A program made the position numbers and the translations under genes. Shown here piece by piece: positions 56,710-64,000 of a stretch of 64,000 nucleotides of DNA (positions are counted from its first letter, which is position 1; each line of letters opens with the position of its first letter). Below the pieces are notes generated by a model. That model ran no database searches, was not told where the DNA came from, and was given only the letters and a program-made list of their open reading frames with translations. Origin of the DNA: a virus. Its lineage: Duplodnaviria; Caudoviricetes. Where the stretch lies: positions 84,149-148,148 of the IMG/VR virus record IMGVR_UViG_3300001525_000092; one strand, 5' to 3'.

Positions 56710-58391
56710 AACTTCCATCTGTCTATGAAAGACTTGCCCATCTTCTCATAAGTCTTGCCCGCTGCTCCAACAGTCTCTTTGAATGTGTTCTTGATAGTTC
56801 TTCCGAGATGCTCAGATTCTCCATATAAGTTCCCAAATGCAGTAGATCCATCTATCATTCTCATAGCAGATGACAAGTTAGCTTCAGATGCATCTACTAG
56901 TGCTTTGTATACTGTAGAGTTGTTGTTAGAGTAATAAGGGTGCTCATGCAAATATTTAAGTTGCTCTCTTCTAGTGTTGTCAGGCTCAGTAGCTTTGTTG
57001 TACTTCTTACCAGTAGCAATAACTTCTTCTAATTCATTTTCTCCTTCTAATGAAGGGTCCTTTGATTTTATTGAGTTTTTGATAGAACTAAACCAACTCT
57101 TTTGTTGTGATTGAGATGTGCCAGATGATCTATAGTCATGATGGTCTAGAATACCGCTAGATCCAAAGAACAATCCAGCAAACTCATTGCTAGTATGTTG
57201 GTAGCATCTCTCATAGTTTATCTTTATAGATGGCTTAGATGAGAAAGGCTTGTCATTGGTGAATGTTGAAGGAAGCATTCCGTTGAGTGACGCATAGTCA
57301 AACTCACAGTTCTTGAATGTGAATAGCTTGAATGACATTCTAGTAGAGAAGTCAGATCCATTCAGTGACTTGTACTTTGTAGTTCTTGACTTCAAGTCTA
57401 TAGATGATGTATGAAGGTATCTTATTGGTGCTTGGAACACAACAATGTCCATGTCAAACTTTCTTAAGTTCTCAGGAACAACTTCTACTTGATAGTTGTC
57501 ATCATATATAGCATTCTTGTACAAGTCCATCATAGTCATGAGCTTCATGTCTACCGCTTCTTCTAAGCATTCTATTGTGATGCTCTTTGGCTTAGTTAAG
57601 TTGTCAAAGTCAGTAGTCATAGCATTGTTAGCATCATGTATAGACGAGAAGAACCAAGGAGCATGAGAAGATATGTAAGACAATGTTCTTATGAACTTGA
57701 ACAACATCACTTTCTTGTCATAAAGTCTAAGACAATCATGATTGCCCGTCTTCTGATTCATGGAAAGATATCTCAATGCAGTGTTTTCTGTATAGTACCC
57801 AGCATCTTCAATACCAGTATCAGTTGTCACTTTTCCATCTCCTATCACACCTCCTAGCAACCCATAGTTAGTGTTGAACTTGAAGAAAATCTTGAAGTAA
57901 TACCATACAGGGTCATTTAGCAACGTAGAAGTTCCTTTTTGCCAGTCAACTCTCTCATTGATGAAGTCTTTGTAGCTCCAGTCTTGGATGTCAAGCAATG
58001 CTGCGCCTTTCTCGCCTAGCAATGACTCTCTACTAGAAAACGTCTTATATTTATCATAATTTCTTAGTTCCTGGGCCCTATTATTGTTTTCTTCATTAGA
58101 ATCTAGCTTACTGAATGCACCTTGATATTTAGTCTTGCTACCCTCATAATTTTTTAAATTTTGTTTAGAAATCTCATTAAATGCATCTAGTGTTTGCTGT
58201 GTGAATCCTGTGTCAATCTTCTTAGCAAGAGAATCTAATGTGGCACCTTCTGAGAAATTGATAGCATTAGTGCTTAGTCCGCTATCATTCAGAGATTCTG
58301 ACAATGTCTTCTTGTGAAGTCCGTAGTCAGTCTTCTCATCTACTAAAGTGCACCCATACTTGTTGTTGTATTCATTCAATATAACTGGCAT
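56706..58391 (-). CDS. baseplate/tail-tube-related structural protein
   Basis: ITIECLEEAVDMK...DLYKNAIYD...PENLRKFDMDIVV resembles tail-tube folds; position in module. Confidence 0.5.
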   Translation of the reverse strand: MPVILNEYNNKYGCTLVDEKTDYGLHKKTLSESLNDSGLSTNAINFSEGATLDSLAKKIDTGFTQQTLDAFNEISKQNLKNYEGSKTKYQGAFSKLDSNEENNNRAQELRNYDKYKTFSSRESLLGEKGAALLDIQDWSYKDFINERVDWQKGTSTLLNDPVWYYFKIFFKFNTNYGLLGGVIGDGKVTTDTGIEDAGYYTENTALRYLSMNQKTGNHDCLRLYDKKVMLFKFIRTLSYISSHAPWFFSSIHDANNAMTTDFDNLTKPKSITIECLEEAVDMKLMTMMDLYKNAIYDDNYQVEVVPENLRKFDMDIVVFQAPIRYLHTSSIDLKSRTTKYKSLNGSDFSTRMSFKLFTFKNCEFDYASLNGMLPSTFTNDKPFSSKPSIKINYERCYQHTSNEFAGLFFGSSGILDHHDYRSSGTSQSQQKSWFSSIKNSIKSKDPSLEGENELEEVIATGKKYNKATEPDNTRREQLKYLHEHPYYSNNNSTVYKALVDASEANLSSAMRMIDGSTAFGNLYGESEHLGRTIKNTFKETVGAAGKTYEKMGKSFIDRWKF

Positions 58392-58397
58392 ATCCTA

Positions 58398-58934
58398 TCA
58401 TCTATTATTGTTTATCTTATAAGTGAAAGTGTCTCTTATGCTCATCTCATCTACAGACATAGGAGTATAAGAAGAAACTTTAGACAAGTCAATGTCATGC
58501 TCAAGACCTAATAGCCTTGATCTCATTCTTGCTTTGCCTGTCACATAGTTCACAGACACAATCTCATCATCTTTGTTCACATATCCATTCACATTCAATG
58601 CATCATTGTCGGTGACATCTGATATGTAGTTCTTGTTCCAGTAGTCACTCATGTCTACTTTCCATTGCTTCATAGGATATGTCTTTGTCTTGAATGTGCA
58701 GACAGATGCTTCTTTGTAGTCATCTCTTCTGTGCTCGGATATGTCTACCATGTCTATAGACAACTTTTCTGTCCAGTCATAGTCATGTGATGACCATAGT
58801 CTTGTCAATGCATCTTCTAATAGCTTGGCATGTATAGCTTCTTCTTGCTCTGATGTGTACTGAGACATTGAAGACAATCCTGTCCCTGACATCAGTCTTG
58901 TATATCCTTTGTCATATTTGTATTCAGTGCTCAT
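58398..58934 (-). CDS. hypothetical virion-module protein
   Basis: 178-aa ORF. Confidence 0.6.
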   Translation of the reverse strand: MSTEYKYDKGYTRLMSGTGLSSMSQYTSEQEEAIHAKLLEDALTRLWSSHDYDWTEKLSIDMVDISEHRRDDYKEASVCTFKTKTYPMKQWKVDMSDYWNKNYISDVTDNDALNVNGYVNKDDEIVSVNYVTGKARMRSRLLGLEHDIDLSKVSSYTPMSVDEMSIRDTFTYKINNNR

Positions 58935-58955
58935 TGATATTGTTCTATTATTAGT

Positions 58956-60566
58956 TTATGTTGCTATCTTAGGATAAGAAGAAGTGTTCAAGAACTGCAG
59001 TGTCATGCCTTTTCGTATCAAGTACACTCTCTGTATGAACTTCTGATACTTCACATCATACTCAAATGACATGCCATCTATGTAATACATGCCACTGTCT
59101 CGAGGATTCAAGAATCCGTATCCATCTGCATCTATCTTGTTCTTCAAGTCTTTGTCTAAGGTAATGTTTGCTTTTGCGTCTGGCTTGTCTCCTGTCAAGC
59201 TATCAGCGTTAGCCACCATAGTTCTCTTGCTCTCATTGTCATACTCAAATATCAAGACATTGATGAGTGTTCCTCTCTGAAGCCCAAGATTAGGATTGTC
59301 AAGCTCTATCACTAGTCGCTTTGCTCTGAGTTTCTTAAGATAGTTGTCATGAATCTGTTGCTGCACTAATATAGGTGTGTTGCCGTCATCTTCATTTCCA
59401 AACTCTGATCCTACATCAATTCTCTTGTGATAGTTGTATTCTTTGTATTGCTCATATCCATCTACAGAGTTCTCTTGCATCCTTATGTCTACTTGCTCAC
59501 ATGAGTTGTTGTTTCCATCTTTCACTCCTATTGGATTAGTGAACATTGGAGAGACTATGGCACCACTGTCCTGTATCTTAGTGTTGTCTACTTCATACTT
59601 GTAGTTTGTGAATGTCATGTTAGAGAGAGCAGGCATCTGCTTGAAGTTAGTGAGTATTCTTGCTACCATCTTCGACTCATGATCTTCTCCTACTGCACTG
59701 TTTGTAGGATCTATTCCTAGTGTTGCAATGATTCCAAGCTCATTAGGCTTCACATTCTCTTTCATTATCCAAGGAAGATTCACTACAACAAGATATCTGT
59801 ACAAGTCAATCCAACAGTCAAACACACTATCTGCATCTTTTCCTCCATATGCGACATGCTTCTGGATTGCATCATAGTAGGACTCGTTGTGCAAGAATCT
59901 GAACTTGTCATCAGATATCTCTTTCACTTCTTTAGAAGCAGCTAGACCAAGTCCTAAGTCTGTCACTGCTGCCCAATGCAAGAACTCATAAGTAGTAGGA
60001 TGTGGATTAGGTCCTAGCTGACAATGCTCCGCAGGACATCCTACAGGAGGCTCATTGAACTGTATTTGCTTGCACATTGGCTTGTCTAGCTTCATCAGCT
60101 TGTATGTAGCATAGTAAGTGATCTCATAGCTTGTGTACTTCACTTCTCTGACATAGAAGTCTATAGACACCGGCTTGTATGCACCATCTACTTGTGGTGT
60201 CAGTACTATTGTCATGTCTGCATTCATGCCCGGAATGTCATTAGTAGCACCCTTGTTGTTGAACTGAGTCACCTTCACTATAGCAGAAGGAACAAATCCA
60301 TCATAGTCTATGTACAAGTACTTTATTCTTCTGAAGTCTATCACTAAGTTTCCTACTCTGACTATAGGAATAGCAACACCTTCCACTTTCTTTGTGTCTA
60401 TGTCACCGCTATTGACGCCTCTTATAGAATTAGTTATGTCGCTGAAGTTTATCTTTGCTACTGGACTTGGCTTTATAGTAGGATCATGTCTCACTATAGG
60501 ATCTGTCCTGTTGAGCAATGGCTTGCTAGCAAGCGCTTCATAGTCCCATCCACTCATATTCATCAT
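58956..60566 (-). CDS. putative baseplate hub protein
   Basis: 536 aa; C-terminal SGMYYIDGMSFEY...Q.VYLIR typical of gp27/gpD-like hubs; follows the gp53-like gene. Confidence 0.55.
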   Translation of the reverse strand: MMNMSGWDYEALASKPLLNRTDPIVRHDPTIKPSPVAKINFSDITNSIRGVNSGDIDTKKVEGVAIPIVRVGNLVIDFRRIKYLYIDYDGFVPSAIVKVTQFNNKGATNDIPGMNADMTIVLTPQVDGAYKPVSIDFYVREVKYTSYEITYYATYKLMKLDKPMCKQIQFNEPPVGCPAEHCQLGPNPHPTTYEFLHWAAVTDLGLGLAASKEVKEISDDKFRFLHNESYYDAIQKHVAYGGKDADSVFDCWIDLYRYLVVVNLPWIMKENVKPNELGIIATLGIDPTNSAVGEDHESKMVARILTNFKQMPALSNMTFTNYKYEVDNTKIQDSGAIVSPMFTNPIGVKDGNNNSCEQVDIRMQENSVDGYEQYKEYNYHKRIDVGSEFGNEDDGNTPILVQQQIHDNYLKKLRAKRLVIELDNPNLGLQRGTLINVLIFEYDNESKRTMVANADSLTGDKPDAKANITLDKDLKNKIDADGYGFLNPRDSGMYYIDGMSFEYDVKYQKFIQRVYLIRKGMTLQFLNTSSYPKIAT

Positions 60567-60574
60567 TCATGTTT

Positions 60575-61039
60575 TTAGTACAATACAAGAACATTGTCAT
60601 TAGTGATAGTGTAGTTGTGATCTGTTATAGTAGCCTCATTAGGACTTCTCTCTTCATCATAAGTCTTCTTGTTGTTAGTCTCTTTCTTCAATATAGGACT
60701 GTCATCTACTAAAGAGTCATCTACTTCACTTGTCTTGTTGTCTATCAGTTGATCTACTATAGACGGCACAGGACACACAAGTTCCATTCCTTCATTGAGG
60801 TCAAATGGATTGCTTATCCCATTCAGCTTGCAAAGCACATCAGCATATCTGTCATTTCCATAGATAGCAAGAGAAACTAAGTCAGGCCGCCCTATGTATT
60901 CATGCGTGACTGTCACTAAAGTGACATTCCCGTCTAAGTCAATGTCATTGTTGTATGTCTGCGACAACAAGTTCAGACATTCTACATTGTCTTTAGTAAT
61001 CTTTGTCTTGTGTGAAAGCAAACCATATTCTAGTCCCAT
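60575..61039 (-). CDS. baseplate wedge protein (T4 gp53/LysM-like)
   Basis: GRPDLVSLAIYG...DVLCKLNGISNPFDLNEGMEL.CP. Confidence 0.8.
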   Translation of the reverse strand: MGLEYGLLSHKTKITKDNVECLNLLSQTYNNDIDLDGNVTLVTVTHEYIGRPDLVSLAIYGNDRYADVLCKLNGISNPFDLNEGMELVCPVPSIVDQLIDNKTSEVDDSLVDDSPILKKETNNKKTYDEERSPNEATITDHNYTITNDNVLVLY

Positions 61040-61159
61040 TCTTTCTAATTATTGTTCTTCTATTTAATAATCGAAGAAAATAGAAGAAGTAAGAGAACTA
61101 AGAAGAATATGGATTTTAGACTTGTCTCTTGAACAGAGCCAAAGTGATGTGCGTTAATA

Positions 61160-61262
61160 AATGTTAAATAAGCCGCTGGCGGCCTTGAAATTTGTCCAGA
61201 TATATAATTTATAGTCTGAGGCATTTCGTGGGCGCCAGCGGCGCCCAGCGACTCCTGGCGCC
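61160..61262 (-). repeat. dispersed GC-rich inverted-repeat element, copy E
   Basis: Reverse complement of copy A/D, just after the stop of minus-strand gene 61280-62092. Confidence 0.95.
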
Positions 61263-61279
61263 CTCTTATGAGTATATTG

Positions 61280-62092
61280 TTAGTTAGTGATAATGAATGT
61301 TGTATCTGCGGGCTTGCTACCCAATGCATTGAACTGACTAAGAGTACCAGACCATAGATATGTGGATGTGTTGTTCTCTAATTGAGATCTCCATAAGCAA
61401 CGCTTCTCTAAGTTAGTGATTCTCTTTATCAACTTGTTGTACTGGTCAGCAGTGATGACACCACACTTAGATCCATTAGGATCATCTACTTGTCCCATTG
61501 TAGTACCGTCATTCAAGACTGGTATGTTGATAGAGCTATCAGGACCAGTATGGTGGCTATAAGAGAGAGTGACTGTGGATGCAGTGTTAGTATACTTCCA
61601 TCCTTGCGTCCAGGCAGTATATGTGAAGTTGCCGGCACCATCTATAGTGAGCTCAGACAAGTTGTCATACTGGTGATTATTGTTGTTGATGTACTGTGTC
61701 TGCGACTTTCCAGAAGGATCATTGAGTGACTTGATGTTAGTCTTAGACCAACCATTAGCATTTCTTCTCTGTGTCCAGTTCACTAGCATATACAAGCAAT
61801 TCTCATTCTCGACATACCATAGCTGTCCTAAAGCATCGGCGCCATTTCCTACTTGGTTAGCATAGCATTCTTGTGAGAGAATGAAGTCAGGTATGTTGTA
61901 CAGATTATCTAGGGTGTTCACAGTATGGTGTCCTGCTATCCAGTTCATGTTGGTGAGCGCTGTAGTTGTCTCATCTGATGGAACAAGCTTAGCATTTCTG
62001 TCCAAGAAAGTCTCTTTAGCTCCTATGTATGTTGAAGTGCCAGTACCGTTAGCGCCAGCCACACTTCCGTTTGTTGGTATTCTTCTTGCCAT
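61280..62092 (-). CDS. tail fibre-associated protein
   Basis: GVITADQYNKL and YLWSGTLSQFNAL..K.A.T.FII fibre motifs. Confidence 0.65.
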   Translation of the reverse strand: MARRIPTNGSVAGANGTGTSTYIGAKETFLDRNAKLVPSDETTTALTNMNWIAGHHTVNTLDNLYNIPDFILSQECYANQVGNGADALGQLWYVENENCLYMLVNWTQRRNANGWSKTNIKSLNDPSGKSQTQYINNNNHQYDNLSELTIDGAGNFTYTAWTQGWKYTNTASTVTLSYSHHTGPDSSINIPVLNDGTTMGQVDDPNGSKCGVITADQYNKLIKRITNLEKRCLWRSQLENNTSTYLWSGTLSQFNALGSKPADTTFIITN

Positions 62093-62106
62093 TTTATTGT
62101 TTCACT

Positions 62107-64000
62107 TTAAGATATTGTTATGCTCATGCTAGTAGTACCTACACCTGATCTATATATGTTGTATACCTGTGTGAGACCTGCACCATTAGTGTAGTTTGTT
62201 GAGCCTACTTTCAAGAATGATGATGTGATGATCTCTACTCCATTCTTCTTGATAGTGTTTATGTTGCCCCAGTCAGCAGGGTAAGCCATGACAAAGCAAG
62301 TAGTTCCTGTAGCAGTGTAGTTGATAGTCCATGATTTATTAACTATCTTTGCTGTAGCTAGTCCTGATATGACAGATATGTTCATGTTGTCTGCTTGTGC
62401 TTGTGTTGTCTGTCCATAGAACAGCAATCTATATACTGACCAACTCACATTGCAAGTTCTGTTGTCTTCACCTGATGCAGGAACTATAGATCCTAAGTGC
62501 CTAGATCCATTAGAGCTAGCTGCATAGTCATCAGGATATCCGGAGATTATCAGTCCACGCTTAGCAGCATATATCTTCTCATAGCAAATCTGTCCAGCAT
62601 TAGAAAGCACTCCAGATGTCCAAGTACTAGAGTTAGTGTTGACGGCAGGAAGTGTTGTTCCCCATGTTCCTTCACATCTCTCAGCATTCTTCTGGTTGCT
62701 CACTGTCCACTTCCATGTACCGGACCACTTTGGCTTGAATCCATACTCAACTTGCAAGTTAGTGATAGAGTTAGACTGATGCTTGATATTAGTGAGAGTA
62801 TATGTAGTAGTACCATTGTTCATGTATATAGTCCAAGTACCTGTAGATATCTGTATTCCTGCTATCTGCTTGTCACCTTCCCATATAGAGTCAAGTCTTG
62901 CTTTGTCTCTAGCTGACATGAGACCAGCCATGCCGACATTGTCATTCTCTAATGCTCCAGGTAGGGCTTGTGGAAGAGTAAACTGATATGTGTTAGTAGG
63001 CCATTCATTAGATTCTTTATTGAATGTCTGTGTAGTGAAGTGGAGAGTATAGCTGACTGGTGTATAAGTGAATGCATCTATTGACTTAGTGAAGTAAGTT
63101 CCAATGCCAAAAGTGTCAAACTTGTCATTCACTGTGTTGTACAGATAAGTGTAAGAGTTCCTGTACATGTTGTAAGTCACTACAGCAGACCAAGACTTGT
63201 CTTCTTTGTTGTTAGGATACTGTCCTGGATCATGATCATTAGCATATACATAAGTGTTGTTAGAGAAGTAAGCTACACCATTGTATCCTGTGCTAGTTCC
63301 TTGACTTATCCAGAATGCATTCTTTCTGTTGTTGTCTGCTACCCCAATACCGATGTTGAAGTATGATAGCTCATCATAGTTGTACTTGCCTACACTCACA
63401 TTAGTGTTCTTGGTTGTCTTGATTCCTTGTCCTAGACCTATAGAATAAGTTCCGGTGATGCTAGTGCTTGTCTTGTCACCAATGTATGCATGTGCCGTCT
63501 CTATGTAAGTAGATCTATCATGAAGTCTAGCATCATGTGTGTCATCTGTATAAGTTATGATGTGCCCAGTCTTCACATCTGCTATCTTGTCACCTGTTAT
63601 CTTTTCTGTTCTGCCGCCTTTGCTTACAGTTAGCAAGTCATGATCACCTATGGTTGTTGTTCTTGTTTCCTTTCCTACAAACAATGCAGTGCCATCTATA
63701 GTAGTGTTGATGTCACCGGTGACATGAGACAACTTATTGCCATTATGTATTGTTGTTGTGAATCCTTGTATTGCTAAAGTATAGTCACCATCTACATAAG
63801 TGTAAGAATTTCCTGTAGTGTAAGTTCCTATGCTTGCTTTGTTAGTCTCAGACACATATCCATCGGTGATCACCGTTCTAGTTCCGTGCACTGCATCTGT
63901 CTTGTTAGATGAAGTGTACTGGTATGTTGTTCCTGTAGTTGTTGTCTGGATAGATCCATTGTTGTTCTCAGTCACTTTTCCATCAGTGATGACAAGTCTA
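62107..64000 (-). CDS. tail fibre/spike protein, 5' end beyond the window
   Basis: Frame is open to the window edge; Thr/Gly beta-helix repeats, IGIGVADNNRKNAF, AGLMSARDKARLD. Confidence 0.75.
   Translation of the reverse strand, partial: RLVITDGKVTENNNGSIQTTTTGTTYQYTSSNKTDAVHGTRTVITDGYVSETNKASIGTYTTGNSYTYVDGDYTLAIQGFTTTIHNGNKLSHVTGDINTTIDGTALFVGKETRTTTIGDHDLLTVSKGGRTEKITGDKIADVKTGHIITYTDDTHDARLHDRSTYIETAHAYIGDKTSTSITGTYSIGLGQGIKTTKNTNVSVGKYNYDELSYFNIGIGVADNNRKNAFWISQGTSTGYNGVAYFSNNTYVYANDHDPGQYPNNKEDKSWSAVVTYNMYRNSYTYLYNTVNDKFDTFGIGTYFTKSIDAFTYTPVSYTLHFTTQTFNKESNEWPTNTYQFTLPQALPGALENDNVGMAGLMSARDKARLDSIWEGDKQIAGIQISTGTWTIYMNNGTTTYTLTNIKHQSNSITNLQVEYGFKPKWSGTWKWTVSNQKNAERCEGTWGTTLPAVNTNSSTWTSGVLSNAGQICYEKIYAAKRGLIISGYPDDYAASSNGSRHLGSIVPASGEDNRTCNVSWSVYRLLFYGQTTQAQADNMNISVISGLATAKIVNKSWTINYTATGTTCFVMAYPADWGNINTIKKNGVEIITSSFLKVGSTNYTNGAGLTQVYNIYRSGVGTTSMSITIS

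Noticed and set aside
7683-61262. Dispersed repeat as a CRISPR array or IS ends
   Set aside because: Copies are kilobases apart with no spacer periodicity, and no cas or transposase gene is in the window.
1-64000. TAG-to-Gln recoding (code 15), as in Lak megaphages
   Set aside because: Terminase, portal and the 1.6-2 kaa structural genes are uninterrupted in the standard code; several genes end cleanly at TAG before terminators or repeats; no CTA-anticodon tRNA is in the array.

Overview
A 64-kb segment of a very large, AT-rich, T4-like (myovirus-type) jumbo/megaphage genome. The host is probably Bacteroidota (Prevotella-like): start codons lack Shine-Dalgarno motifs and there is a Prevotella-style small lipoprotein. 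Plus-strand blocks hold small hypothetical genes and DNA-metabolism genes: a 5'-3' exonuclease, the N-terminal half of a split family-B polymerase, a two-subunit type II topoisomerase, a Dam-like MTase, dCMP deaminase and a MoxR-AAA/vWA pair. Minus-strand blocks hold virion genes: terminase large subunit, portal, gp5/gp53/gp15-like tail and baseplate proteins, giant 1980- and 1611-aa proteins and tail fibres. A tRNA array (22.8-30.2 kb) has 23 complete tRNAs, an orphan 5' half of tRNA-Tyr and three endonuclease genes sharing a C-terminal module. The main unexplained signals are: (i) a ~100-bp GC-rich inverted-repeat element in 5 copies, each just after a stop codon and co-oriented with that gene; (ii) several closed, multi-stem putative ncRNAs between the tRNAs, one fused to the tRNA-Tyr half; (iii) two phage-specific promoter classes; (iv) unannotated small peptides; (v) proteins starting with a capsid-targeting-like MKSLxQYIxES motif. 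The standard genetic code fits, with no sign of TAG recoding. All calls come from reading motifs by eye; no database searches or folding programs were run.
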